This document shows positions 39,858 to 55,276 of a stretch of 64,000 nucleotides of DNA, in pieces (within the stretch, counting starts at the first letter, position 1; the number at the start of each line of letters is the position of its first letter). The notes under the pieces are model-generated. The model was not told the DNA's origin and did not search any database. It saw only the letters and a list, made by a program, of their open reading frames with translations. Position numbers and translations under genes: made by a program. Source of the stretch: Octopus vulgaris (lineage: Eukaryota); contig OX597822.1 of assembly GCA_951406725.2 (NCBI GenBank), positions 13,950,001 through 14,014,000 of the forward strand, in the 5' to 3' direction.

Positions 39858-42110
39858 GCATTTGCATACAAATGTTTAAACTTACGTACGTACTTGCACA
39901 CACGCTTAAGTAAGTGAGTCTCTCTTTGTACCCTTGTGTGTATGCGTGTACGTATGAATGCATGTGCGCGCATGCGTGTGTGATATATTTTTGTTCCTCT
40001 ACAGTCAAATTCGGATGTATTTCATTATGTTTTTCATTATATGTTTGGTGTTGCTTTCTCTTACCTTTTTTTTTTAACGTTACCGATATTTCGAATGCAA
40101 CTGTAGCTGACTTTGACAGTGTTTGTATCGAATATCTGAAAGTATTTGTGTCTGACTGGAAAATATTTTGTGACTAACCTAAGATATTTCTAGCTACACT
40201 TGATATTACATATTTTAGCGAACAGCGGTTAGAATCAGATTATATTTCATTTTCTCAGGTTGCTGCGCTGCTAAAAATTTAACCTTACTTAAAACTGTTA
40301 CTCTTTCTTTTCGTAGATATCATTGTACAACTAGCAGCTTTGTTAAAAGTGACCCTATCTAAGGATACGTCAGATATTCACAGAGTTATAATCCTGAAAC
40401 AAATATCTTGCTGATAATATATTTTGCAGTGCTAACTCTTCTACTTAACTCAAAAACATATCTCGATACAGTATTTCGATGTATTAAATTATAGGAAAAG
40501 AGAGATCATGCTGAAATGATAGCAAGAAAACAACGTTTCCTTAATTAGGCGAAACTAGGCGCATCACCGAGTGAGTTACGTTTAAAATAGAACGGAAAAA
40601 GTTTCTCACATTCAACTGAACCATGAAAAGCAGCTGACGGAGGGAAACTTGAAATGATCATTATGTAGATATATGTCTTTAAAATGCACACGTGCACAAA
40701 CATACCCACATTCTCACACACATATCGTAAAGAGTAGGAATCGGTACGGTTACTTGAATCTCTAACGGTTGCGGCAGTTAAAATCCATCTTGGCAGAATT
40801 TGATCTTGGATTCATGAATTCCAGGACTAAATTCTGAAAGGCATTCTGTCTAACATTCCTGTGTTTTCTTCTCAATCATCTATTACGAATGAAATGTCTC
40901 ACTGTGGCCCCAAAATACTTCATTGAATTGAGAATTGATAGCAATACATTCTTCTTCTTCTTCTTCTTCATCTTCTTCTTCTTCTTCTTCTTCTTCTTCT
41001 TCTTCTTCTTCTTCTTCTCCTCCTCCTCCTCCTCCTCCTCCTCCTCCTCCTCCTCACCCTCCTCCTCCTCTATTTCCGCCTCTCCTATCTATCTCCTCCT
41101 TCATCTTTTATCAGTATTTATTTCATCATCGCTCGAAACTTGACAGCAAAATTAATCCCAGTACGATTTCGACTCACTAACGAAATTTTTTGCAAGTAAA
41201 ATTCTTCCACTAATTTAGCTGCCAGGCACTGCTATCTACCCCATTTTGGATTTTTTCTACTTTATTTGCCAAAAAGAAATGACTTGATAAACTAAGGTTC
41301 ATTCAAGCCTATGGCCTGATGCCAACGTAATAAACTAATAATCGTTGTTGACACAGCTCGTTGCATCTCGGGCCTCACGCACCTCTCAGATTGATACTCA
41401 AACTTTAAATGGACAGGTGCTATGTACGAAATAAATGTGAAACAAAAATATAAGTTCTAAAACAATTCACTTGATGGACTGAGCAATCCTGAATTGATTA
41501 GAAAATGATATAGATTGGTATATTTTCAATCTGTATGTGGCTATAGAGAGCTAGGGCAGGACACAGCGAGAAAGCGGACATTTTTCAAAATGGCGGATGC
41601 GTGTTGGAAATTGAAAACGATGGTCGACACGCTGGGTTTTACGCGATGATTGGGAAACTCAGCTTGAATACAAAACGACTGACTTCTCCAGTAAAACTGG
41701 AAGGTTGTAAAAAGACTCACACGCATACATTCGTAACTGTAAAAAAGTAAAAAGTAGCTTTTTCTATATATAAGATTCTATCCGCAACAAAAAGCAAAAA
41801 CAAAGAAAAGATTTACACAGGGAGAGGATCATGGGATACATTTGAAAATTGAATTCGCTGGGAGTTGCAGCTTCATAATTAGCAATTTTCCATCTTGTTT
41901 ACTAAAAGTAGTTTTGATTGTTCCTTGTCTTATTTGTTTGTCCGTCAATATATATGTCTGTCTGTTTGTCTCTGTTTTGGTTGTGTACAACGTTAAAATT
42001 ACTTTAGACACATTTTCTCGTGGACAATTCCCTCCTATGTAAAGTAATTTACACCAATTTCAGTCTTATATAATACCCTCAGGCTGCTGCTGCTGCTGCT
42101 GCTACTACTG

Positions 42111-42180
<70 letters not shown>

Positions 42181-42836
42181 CATTATCATCATTATCGCCA
42201 TCATCATTTCTATTATATAGCTTCACATTCCTTTCTGCCCACACATTCTCAATATATGTGTGTACATCTATGTGTATAGCTACACACACACACTTGTATG
42301 TGTACATATTCCTATACGTTCTTGTGTGTGTATGTGTGTGTGTGTGTGTGTGTGTGAAATAAAGGGAAGAAGAAAAGCAAATAAATAAGATGCATTTTAT
42401 TCATCAATGGAGGTAGGCAGTTGGATTGCATTGCATGATAAATATATACGAGCTTGACGACTCTCACTCGCAGTCTCTCTCCTCCTCTTCTTTCGTTTCT
42501 GTTTTCCTTTTATCATTTCCCTTTCTTTCTTTTCTTTGTTTTTGTCGTCTGGTGTAAGAATGACCGAAGGGTTCTTTCTTATCTTTTCCTTGTTTTAATG
42601 CGGCCATGTTGGGGTTCCACCTGAAAGGGTTTTAGTCGAACAAATCAACCCAGTATTTATGATATTTTTAAAGACTGGTAATTTATTCTATCAGCTATTT
42701 TTCGCCGAATCCCTAAGTTATAAGGACGTAAACAAATCAACACCGGTTTTCAACTGCTGGTTGAGCCGTTAGTGCTGGTGGTAGACAAACACAAAGGTAC
42801 ACAAGTAGATAATCATACAACACACATACATGTATA

Positions 42837-42986
<150 letters not shown>

Positions 42987-42987
42987 T

Positions 42988-43295
42988 GTGGAGGCGCAAT
43001 GGCCCAGTGGTTAGGGCAGCGGACTCGCGGTCGTAGGATCGTGGTTTCGATTCCCAGACCGAGCGTTGTGTGTGTTTATTGAGCGAAAACACCTAAAAGC
43101 TACACGAGGCTCCGGCAGGAGGTAGTGATCCCTGTTGTACTCTTTCACCACTCTTTCTCTCACTCTTTCTTCTGTTGGTCTGCTCGCTTAGCCAGTGGGG
43201 TGGCGTCATTCGAAGGCTAAAACAATGCGAACGCATTGTGACCAGCGATGTGTAGCAACATCTGATGGTCTGGTCGGTCACGTGATCACGTGATA
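42988..43295 (+). mobile_element. tRNA(Arg)-like SINE, family 3 variant with a different tail
   Basis: A box TGGCCCAGTGG and B-box-like GTTTCGATTCC. 5' half shared with 17896-18198. Confidence 0.85.
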
Positions 43296-43337
43296 TATAC
43301 ACACATATATTTGCATATACATATATATGTGCGTGTG

Positions 43338-43368
<31 letters not shown>

Positions 43369-44638
43369 GTGTGTGTCTGTATGTATGTACGTATATATGC
43401 CTTTATGTAAGTGCGTGTGTGTATATGGGTGGACGAGGAGAATGTCAATAAGATGTGAGTGATGGTGTTGCTGTTCCTGGCGACGACGATCATTTTGGTG
43501 GTGATGATGATGATGATGATGTGGAAATGAAAGGTTAATGAAGAGGCATAATATGAACAAGAGAATGAGAAAGTTTCTCTGTGTGTGTGTGTGTGTGTGT
43601 GATACAAGTTCCAAAACGTGACAGGGAGAAAATGATTCCAGCACGTGCAACGGTTGAGCAAAAGGAAAAGAACGAAGAAGAGAAGAAACAGGAAGGAAAT
43701 GAAAAATATTATCAAAGAATGAATTCTCCTCCTTACACTCCTCCTCATCTTCATTCTCCTTCTCCTCCTCATCCTACTCATCATCATCATCATCATCATC
43801 ATCACCTTCCTCTTCATCCTCTTCATCATTTCTAATCACCACTTTCTGTCATCATGGTTGTGGCGGTGGCGATGGCAGTTAGTCGTATTCATCGGTTGCA
43901 TTATCATCACCATCATCATTATCACTGCCGTCCTCGTAATCGTCGTCGTCGTCATCATCTTCGTCATCTTCATCATCATCATCATCATCACCACCACCAC
44001 CACAACCACCACCACTATTACCACCATCCCGATCACCACCACAGCTACGGCGACGACGACGGCGACCACCACCACCATCATCATCATCATCACTATCACC
44101 ACCACCATCATCATCACCATCACCACCACGGTCAATGGATGCAGGTAACGATGTCTCTAAAAAAATGGAGAATCTATTGAAACCGCCCGGTACCCGTCTC
44201 ATGTTTCATGAACATAGATCGTCTTTACTCCCGGACAGTTGCTCTCCAACACAGACCTGGAAGGGTGGCGGAATAAGTGTTTTTCTACGCAAGACTAGAA
44301 GCTCTCCATGCATTCAAATCTTCCCTTCTCTACGTCCACAAAGCATAATTCTGCCGAGGTCGACATTGCCTTTCGTCCTTTCAGGGTCGATTAAATAAGT
44401 ACCAGTTATACACTGGAGTCGATCTAATGGACTTAATAAATCCTTCCCCAAAATTTGAGGCCTTCTGCTTCCAGTAGAAAGGATTTTTTCGTGAACACAA
44501 GATGTTGAGCTGACCAGACACGTTATTAGCCGAACAAAAGGCTCAATTGTATTTCGTCCGCCTTTTCTTTCTGAATGTCAAATTCCACCGAGATCGATTT
44601 TGCCTTTCATTTACTCGGAGTCGATAAAATGAGTACCA

Positions 44639-44851
44639 TATACTCGTTTATTTAAGAGATGAGGAATTATGTACATTATTTTCATTTGACGGATATTTGT
44701 TCTCATCTTGTTGTTAACACAATGTTTCGGCTGATATTCCCTCCTTGGGGAAATTTCGAACCTGGGTTCTATTTCATAAGGGGCATATGACGTAGTGGTT
44801 AGGAACGCGGTTTAAGAACCCCAAGATTCCGAGTTCGATTCCAGGCAGTGA

Positions 44852-44910
<59 letters not shown>

Positions 44911-45028
44911 CCCAGGTTTGAAATTTCCCCAAGACACCTGATGAAGGCTGGAGGGTATATTAGCCGAAACGTTGTGTTTACAACAAACAAGATGAGGACA
45001 AATATCCATCAAATGCAAATAATGTAAC
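44639..45028 (+). mobile_element. Composite insertion: inverted tail copy + tRNA-like head + (AAT)n + hammerhead tail, with 10-bp TSD, nested in a SINE
   Basis: ATGAGTACCA at 44629-44638 and 45029-45038, and the host SINE resumes after it. Head at 44781-44855, hammerhead at 44934-44977. Confidence 0.8.
44934..44977 (+). ncRNA. Minimal type I hammerhead ribozyme
   Basis: ACAC-CTGATGA-A-GGCTG gagggtatat TAGCC-GAAAC-GTT-GTGT. Stem III is palindromic (AACGTT). Confidence 0.75.
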
Positions 45029-45519
45029 ATGAGTACCAGTTAAACACTGGGGTCGATGAGATCGATTAGTCTTCTCACATCCCTGATATTGTTGGCCTTG
45101 TGCCAAAATTTAAAGCTATTGTTATCATTACGTGCACATTCTTAAATGTATGTGAGAATACATTATCCTAACTCTACCCGTACGTATCCAGCACTCTTGT
45201 TCCTATAACTGAAGATATACATTTAGAGATATACTCAGAAATATAAGCGTCTAGTTCAGAAATTAGATGGAAGAGACTCTTTCTATGAGCATATGTGTCT
45301 ATGAGTGTGTGGGTGCGGGTACACACACACACACACACACGCACACACACATTGTCATAATTATATAGTGGAAGTAGATCTAATTATCTAGTTATGGCGG
45401 CGCTGCGATCGTGTATAAGACAAATTTATAACTAGAGCTATTAATCATCAGCAGAATGTTCCTCGTGTGAATTCGTTAGAGGAGAGGAACATCCTTTATA
45501 TCCATAAAAAATGTAGCCC

Positions 45520-45559
<40 letters not shown>

Positions 45560-45693
45560 TGTGTGTGTGTTTACAAGTACGTGTGTGTGCATGAATTTCG
45601 CACGTAACAAGGTTCACACGAAACAGTCCCCGATGAGGTTCCGCAGATGCTGAAAACTGATCCTGTAAAACTTTAAAAAGAAAAGGAGTGAGT

Positions 45694-45738
<45 letters not shown>

Positions 45739-45987
45739 GGAGATTTAAAAATAACCGAACATGTTTTTTATTCACATTTTTACTCTTTACTTTTCCTTCA
45801 GTTATTGAGTCATCATCATCATCATCATCATTACTGCCATTAAAGCCAACTTTACTCTCCTTAAATGCCAGCTTAAAGAGAATTCCCATCAGGGAGTAAT
45901 ATAGATAGAGAAGATTTGAAAGATAAAGAACTGTATATAGATAGAATTCCCCCATCTACTGTAATGATGATAATAATAATGATGATG

Positions 45988-46076
<89 letters not shown>

Positions 46077-46761
46077 CCTTTCTACTAAAGGCACAAGGCC
46101 TATACTTTTGTTGGGAGGAGACTAGTAGATTACATCTTCAATAAATTTTCTTTCGAGCGAATATGGTAACCTCTGACGAAGGATACATTCCCGACGCATT
46201 TCAGCTCTCTTCCTTCAGTAAACTCGTTTTAAAGGCTTCTTTTGACCCACAACACTAGCAAAAGATGAGATATTTAGTGTCGTTGTCATAGTTGAAAGTA
46301 GTTCTAATGGTGGTAATGGTAGTTATAGCGATGATAGTGGTAGTCGTGATTATAGTGTTGGTTGTGATAGTAGTGGTGGTGGTGGTGGTTGCAGTGGTGG
46401 TGTCATTGCTATACGCACTGTTTCTTACAGTTATAGCTATTTTCTTTTTCTCTCATTGAAATTAATGCTTCCAACCCTATTCTCTTTCATGTTTGCCATT
46501 GTAAAACTGTTAGCTCCATCTGTTTGTTTAATTTCCACATTCGTCGTTGACTTTTTCTTTTATTAACATGTTTAAATGTTACGCGTTATGTAAATCATGT
46601 TACGCTAAACATGTTGTTTAAGAATCTTAGTAATAGTAAGTGTAATACCAACTCTGTTTGTAATTTCTTTTGATATCAACCCTGGAGCACGTCCTTTAAA
46701 TGTACATTGAAAAACACACCTATAACACGCATGCAGGTGTGCACAAATAACACACAAGCAA

Positions 46762-46800
<39 letters not shown>

Positions 46801-46801
46801 A

Positions 46802-46849
<48 letters not shown>

Positions 46850-47189
46850 TCGTCTCTCTCATCCCTGCACACAAGTACACACATGCGCATGCACGCATTA
46901 ACACACGGATGCTGAAAGACTGAGAAATCAACTAATAAAGATGAAGTGACAATTCTAAAATATTTTTGCTGTTGTTGTTGTTGATGTTGATATTGATGTT
47001 GATGCTGTTTGCTTTTGTCAGCTCAATTATTTCAAACATTTCACAAATGCATTCTTTGCTCTTTTGCACCTTCTTACAATATTCTACAGATTTCTACACC
47101 AAACTAACCTCATTAACGATTGAAAATCTTTTTCCATGATGTAGAAATTACAAATCATTTGCACCATTATTTCCACTACCAACCTCCTC

Positions 47190-48020
<831 letters not shown>

Positions 48021-48244
48021 CAATGGTAGCATTTTCATTATTTAGAACAATTATGATTTAATAAATTAGAAATTCTTGTTCCTCGAGCTATTCCGTGTTG
48101 TTGCAGCTGTTGTTGCTCTTTTTTGTGATTGATGTTGTTGTTGAGGTCGATGACTTTGTTATTATTGTTGCTACTGCTGCCGCTGCTGTTGCTGCAGTTG
48201 TTATTATTATTTTTTTTTTTCTTCTTTCAAATTTGCTTCCATTA

Positions 48245-48331
<87 letters not shown>

Positions 48332-48333
48332 TT

Positions 48334-48936
48334 GCCTTTACACAGCTTCTAACGCTGGCGATGTACTACGGTGTCAGCTGTTCACTACCTTTGAACTAAG
48401 GAAACACCTCTTATTTTTCGATCACCTTTCGGAGTATTCGAGCGGTTCAAATCAGTGCTGCTTTCTGCAAGTGCTCCAACCTTATTGCAGCCCCTATTTG
48501 TTCCACGTACTTCTCGAGACTTTTCCTCACTGTTCCCAGAGCTCCTACAATTATTGCTACTACTGCTACCTTTTTCATCGAACACAGCTGCTTAACTTCC
48601 CAAGCTAACCTGTCATATCTCTCGACTTTTCTTTCTTCCTTATAGTATACATTGTTGTCAGCTGGGCATGCTATATCTATGATCCAGTATAGTTTGTTTT
48701 CTTTCTCAATTAAGACTATACCCGGTTCCTATTCTCCATCTCATGGTCGTACTGAATCATAAAATCCTATACGATCTTTACATTTCTATTTTCGACGATG
48801 CCTTCAGGTTTGTGGTCTCACCAATTATTTGCTCTGTCAAGTCCATACTTGTTGCAAAGTGAACAACGGACAAGCCTGGTTATATTGTCGTGGCGTCTCT
48901 TATATTCCTTCTGGGCTAGTGGCGTACATTGGCTGA
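48334..48936 (-). mobile_element. R4/Dong-like non-LTR retrotransposon 3' fragment (restriction-like endonuclease domain)
   Basis: Minus strand CTPLAQKEYKRRHDN..HKPEGIVEN..DFMIQ.D..IIDIACPAD..KVERY..IVGALG..TARILRKV. Flanked by (TTA)n/(TAG)n tracts. Confidence 0.8.
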
Positions 48937-48945
48937 TTATATTAC

Positions 48946-49006
<61 letters not shown>

Positions 49007-49007
49007 G

Positions 49008-49470
49008 AGATCAAAGTGACACTGGGGTAAAATATACGAAGCCCAGTATACTCATCATGACTACCCGTCTGATAAGGGTAAACCAGGCACATGCATCACA
49101 ACCATATGTGCGCGACATGATGATCTCATATCAAGATAAACAGCACATGACCTTATAGGTGGGGCCCAGTTAGAATTTTCTTCTGGTCGAGTAACCCATC
49201 CTGCTCAAAAGGTCCCTGAATAAGGGTTGTTTAAGGATGTTGAACGAAACACCCATGTTTCCTGAGGTGAATTATTCAAGCCCCAAAGAATCCCTCTCAA
49301 CACATGGCTATGATACTCCCCCACTACTTCTGCTCGTGATCAGAGATGCACATATCATCAGCCACTAAGGGACATGCTCAACTGGTTACGGTCAAACAAC
49401 TGACAAGCAAATCTGTGATATTGAGCAGAATATTTGCTGTGGGCCATCTTTTATATCAAGACAAAACAAG
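49008..49470 (-). mobile_element. Unclassified interspersed repeat embedded in (TTA)n
   Basis: Sharp-edged complex block between two TTA/TTG tracts. No ORF recognised. Confidence 0.35.
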
Positions 49471-49610
49471 AGAGTCGATCGTTGTTATTATTATTATTAT
49501 TGTTGTTGCTGTTGTTATTATTATTATTATTATTGTTGTTGTTGTTGTTGTTGTTGTTGTTATTATTGTTATTATTGTTGTTGTTGTTGTTGTTGTTGTT
49601 ATTATCATCA

Positions 49611-49678
<68 letters not shown>

Positions 49679-50936
49679 GTAGATCATCGAAATGCCCTTG
49701 TCCTCTTGTGTTCTTGTTATTTGTCTCAGATGACGTTTGGGAAATTCTTAATTGTTTTCTTTGCTTCTAATATTAGTATTGCAACTAAAGTGGTGAACTG
49801 GGAGAATGGTCGGACAAAGTTCGTCTTGGTTTCATATTTGTCTGCATGTTACTTTTTTTATTACTACCCAGAAACATTATTATTATCGGGTTTATCTCCC
49901 TTCTCACTCCTCCACATTCACAGATAGCCTGGGCGACTAAAAAGACATTTAAACCAAAAACAGTGAATGCAATGACCTAGCTTGAAGTGTGTGCCATCCG
50001 GGGGCAACCCTTAGGTTTACTGCATCTAACCCTCCGCCTCTGTAGAGGCTTATACAGCCGAACCATTAGTGCCGGCTCCAAAGAAGCTCCGCCTAGATTG
50101 GAGCGTCCCCTCACCCCACGAAACTCCCGCTCGGGTCGACTCCCCCTCTCGGCTCTTCTATCCAAACCCCCACTCAACCCCGCTCACATCTATCTAGGCC
50201 ACTGAGTGAATGGACACGCTGGCCACCGTGGGACGGACGGTGTGATTCCGATGACTCAACTGATAATGCAAACCAGTTTCAGTTTCCAGCCATCTCTTCA
50301 TTTAATAAGCTCTTCTCCTCTCCCTGCGGTTGGGAAGAAACCCTGACTCCGCATCACACGAAAGTCAAACACGACAGATCACGTTCAAAAAGTCGAGCAA
50401 TTAACTCTATTTATGGCACTCCAAGCTGTTATAAGCAAGTAATGGAGACGTGAGATAGACTCTAGGAGTGTGTATACTTATATATACATATGCAAGTGTA
50501 TGTATGAATGTGTACTGTTTATGTATGCGTATGTTTATACAAGTGCGTATGTAATGGAATGTAGATGTATGTTTCCGTATATGTGTGTATATACGTGGAT
50601 GTGCGTTTATGTGTTCTTGTGAGTATGTATATATGGGGTGTGTTAATATGTTAGTATATAATTCTAATACTTCTTAAAGTAACATATGGAACCAATTCTA
50701 TGCAAAATAAATATATGCGTATGGGTGTATATATGTATATATGCTGTGTATGTGAGTGTGTATTTATGCCTTATACAATAGATATATGTATATGTATATT
50801 CATGTGCGTGTATTTATGTGTACATACGCACACATACATATATATACATATATATGTATATATATATGTATGTGTGTATATATATGTATATATTCATATA
50901 TGTATGTATATATATAAATGCAAATATCATATCTGC

Positions 50937-50983
<47 letters not shown>

Positions 50984-51587
50984 CACAGACACACACACTC
51001 ACGCGCGCACGCACACACAAACAAACACACACACACACGCACATATATATGAGCGTTGGAGGAAGAGAGTGATAGAGAGAGGAAACGATTAAAGAAACTG
51101 CTGAGACAACGAAATTGTGAGGCATTATCTGAGGGATGGGTAGTTCGTATTTTCTGACACTGTTTGGGGTTTGAAACTCAGTCCGCCTAGCTGTAAATGG
51201 GCAGGACACTTTAAGAATAACAGTATTTAATCCACAGTGAACAGAGTACTTGCTAGCCCATGGTAGTAAGTCCAGTTCTTCCCCTCCATCGTAATATAGC
51301 GTAAAGCATTCACTCCACCAAGCGGACTTACTTTGGATCCAATATTGGTGCCCGCTAGAAGTAACCGCCAAATTTAACTCAAATTATACCTTGATATTTT
51401 AAAGCATGACATATTGTAAAATGTAGCTCTGCATAAACTGTACTTGAATAGGGGGTGATCATGGCTGGATTGCCTGTGAGGCAATTTCCTGTTTATAAGC
51501 CAAATACTATAGATGTGTGTGTGTGGGGGGGGTATATGTGTGTGTGTGTATGTATTAATTAGCACAGCTTGCGGGCTGTGTATAAAT

Positions 51588-52020
51588 TAGCTATTAGCAA
51601 CAGAAACAGCCTTTGTAACGAATATTAATTAGTACATCCAAACTCACCTAGATGTGTTATTTATAACGCTGTAGACTGCGGTAAACGTCCCGAATAATCT
51701 TTTAAACACAGCCGGCCGGCTTTCTGCAACATTACTGGCTGATTGGCTAGAATCATTCTACATCAGTTTGGCATTTGGTGCTTGATTTTCTGCTGTTGCC
51801 GTTCTGCAATCCAGTGAAATCAGATAGTGCAGTAGTGCCATGTGCCAGCACTGGCTAAATTGTGCCGACCGAATTTCGATACTTTTTAGCATTTGTTGTC
51901 TACACAAAATTTGTCGGGGCGTTTAGCACAGTCTGCGGTGTTATGAACAACACATCCAATTTAAAATGGATATGCTAAATAATATTCGTTATAAAAGTTG
52001 CTTCTGCCATTAATACCTAG
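51588..52020. mobile_element. Old MITE-like element with ~120 bp imperfect terminal inverted repeats
   Basis: TAACGAATATTAATTAG..GATGTGTTATTTATAAC..AGACTGCGGTAAACG is mirrored by CGTTTAGCACAGTCT..GTTATGAACAACACATC..CTAAATAATATTCGTTA. Confidence 0.65.
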
Positions 52021-54668
52021 TGTGTGTGTGTGTGTGTGTGTAGTATTTGGTTTAGTGGTTAGGGTGTTGAATTCACGGTCATAATGACATGGGTTCGATT
52101 CGTGGATTGAGCAGCTCGTTGTGTCCTTGATCTGAGCACTTCGTTGTTGCTCCAGTCTACTCAGCCGAAAACGGATAACAATCGAGTGCTAGCGGAGCCC
52201 CTCCTCCTTCACATCCGTAATCTTCCTCTAAGAAGTCATGAACGATACGTCTATATCTGCTGCACTCAAACGGTACAAAGAAACCACCAGTCACGCATTC
52301 GCTTGCGAGTGACGGCTGTGTTTTGTAGTTTGTTTTTATATTTCAAGAACAGGAACTGCCTCGACTACATAAACAGTATAACTAAGCAATATCTGTAACC
52401 CAAAACAACATCATCAGATGATATACAAAATTCATAGTGGTAGCTGTGTAGATATATTTATCGCCATTTCTTCAATGGAGTCACGTTTAATAACGAACAA
52501 GATGGTGTTAATAACTTTGGTATAAATATATGAAAGTATTCAGAGGTTAAAAGGTTCAAATGATATGACGGAAGCTGTCAATTAAAGAAAGTCTCCAGCT
52601 CCTTTACATATGTTTATTTCGTAAATGCTAGTGTAGAGAGTGGCTGACGTCGTAGTTGGTACACAAGTATTTGGTTTGTGTGTCATCCCAGCCGATTGCC
52701 TGACAGCAGAGTTCCTCAGAGTCACCTTAGTTTTCAGGCTAAAATTAAATAAAATGATTTTCACTGAAAACTTTTAGTTAATACGAACACCTCGCCCTCT
52801 TTACATTGTCATCCACAACAAAATTGTTCAATAGATCGCGTTTTAAAATCGTTGGCTCTATTGGCACACTGATCCCTCTGCGACACTCTGTTTCATTCAC
52901 GTCGGAGGGATGAAAGGTGAAACCGACTCTAGTGTGATCTGAACTCAGAACTTAAAGGGCCAGGTATTTTACCCGACGCTCTAATAAGTTTGCCAGGCCA
53001 CTGTCCTGAATAGTGTGCTAATTCTTATTATATATACAATATGCAACGGGTGGTGGGTTGGGAGAATAGTTAGTGAAGACAGACGAATTTTAGAACTCAG
53101 AAATGTGAAGACAGACGGAATGCTGTTAAGCATTTTGCCAGGCGTGCTAACGATTCAGCCTTAGACTTTGTCCATATATTGACTACAAGAAAGATCAAAC
53201 ATTGGCTTAGGAACTCATTAGATTAACTCTAGTGAACAAGAGATTATCCCAGTAGAGTATGGCGGAAAAATTAAGAAATGGGTTTCAAACCATGTTCCGG
53301 GTTCCATCGCCCTACCGTGTTACCTTGAGCAAATGTCTTTACGATAACCTTGAGTTGACTAATAACCTTTTCAATGAAATTAGATGAACGGAAACTATGC
53401 AGAAGCCTTCCTCTTGAATTGCACCTGTAATTCATGGATCTAATATCCAGTTTTATCCCATCTCTATCGACCTCATGTGTCTGCGGTATGAACGGGATAT
53501 TTCACATGATGGAAGCGACGACCCAATCATAATCGAATCCACTGACCAACGTCCATTTACCATTTCTCATCTTGTTCCACCCCACCCCACCGCCTTTTCC
53601 TCAACTGACCCAAACACCATTTTCGTAGATGGCGAAAACGGTTAAGTCACACACCCCTTTTCCACCCACTACCTGTTTCCTACTCTATTGACCCAGACAA
53701 CAGGAATTGAACACAGATCGTAAACGAACAGCGTTATATACTACCAGGTATGTAACTCATCGTCGCTCTACCGATTCTGCCATCTTCAGAAAGAAGATAA
53801 CACTCCACCACCTCCGCTACCATACACACAATCTCTTTCTCTCTCTTTTCCCTTTCCATTTACTCTTACTTTTCTACTTTTTCTTTTCCCCGCCTCTCTC
53901 ACTTCCTCTCTTTCTTCCCCTCTCTCTCCTCCTCTCTGTCGCACTCTCATGCTTTCTCTTTTTCTCCCCAAACATCTATCACTCTCTCTACTTATTTCAC
54001 TTTCCCTCTCTCTCTCTTTCATTATCTATAATCTGTCTCTCTGTCTCTCTGTCTCTCTTGCTCAATCTTCCATTTTTACCATCACACCTACATCAAGTCT
54101 ACAAAACCACCGCTCCCTCATAAAATCAAATTTTCTCACTATTTCTCTCTCTCTCACACCCACACCTTTCTGTTTAATCTCCTCCTTCTCCTATTCTTCT
54201 ACTCTCTCTCATTTCTATCTCTCACCGCTACCCCCAAACAGAAGACTATTCACACATCTACTAAACACCTCATTATAGAGTTCAGTCACACGCTCTGCGC
54301 AACATTTTTATCGAAGTCTTTTTCTATAAAACACGATCCCAGTTATTGAAAATTACTAATAAATCAACTTCGTAATTATTTTTTACGAAGGTGAAAATAA
54401 GTTTATGGATTGAAAAATAGATTAAAAATATCAAAATGTCACATACACACTCGCACATTCATGCACACCTTATTTCGCCTATGTTGTCGTATAATTAGTA
54501 TCACCTAATTACAATTTTTAACCGGTTTCTTCACTAATGAGAATACGCCCCAACAACAAACTTGCGCGAGAAAAGAAAAAAAAGTGTAACTATGTATATC
54601 TGTTTCGCATATGCGTATGTATGTGGGTGTATGTTTCTATAATTACGCACATACACAGGCACATCGGA

Positions 54669-54713
<45 letters not shown>

Positions 54714-54714
<1 letters not shown>

Positions 54715-54898
54715 TTCTCTCCTTGTTTCTTTCCTTGTTTCTTTCCGTGTTTCTTTTCTGTGTATCTTTCTGTTGAAGAGCGTAGGCTCGAAACGTAAAA
54801 GACTTGTTTTATTTCTATTCCTGAGCGCCATACTAATACAATTGTTTGTTTGTACTCCACCTGCCTTCGTCTTTTGTTTATTTTCATAAAGCTTCCCG

Positions 54899-54900
<2 letters not shown>
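54714..54900 (+). mobile_element. Penelope terminal fragment family B, hammerhead variant at 54765-54802
   Basis: TCTTT-CTGTTGA-A-GAGC gtag GCTC-GAAAC-GTA-AAAGA. Homologous to the end of the GIY-YIG-bearing copy and embedded in (TA)n. Confidence 0.75.
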
Positions 54901-54963
<63 letters not shown>

Positions 54964-55049
54964 CACATATATATATGTGTGTGTGTATACATATACATAC
55001 ATACATACATAAATATATATCACACGTGTGTGTGTGTGTGTGTCTGTGT

Positions 55050-55276
55050 AAGGCGAGCTGGCAGAAAGGTTAGCACGCCAGGCGAAATGCGTAGCCGTAT
55101 TTCGTCTGCCGTTACGTTCTGAGTTTAAATTCCGCTGAGGTAGACTTTGCCTTTCATCCTTTTGGGGTCGATTAAATAAGTACCAGTTACGCACTGGGAT
55201 CGATGTAATCAACTTAGTCCCTTTGCCTGTCATTGTTTGTCCCCTCTATATCTGGCTCCTTGTGGGCAATAAAGAA
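55050..55276 (+). mobile_element. SINE family 1
   Basis: Similarity to the other family 1 copies. Confidence 0.85.
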
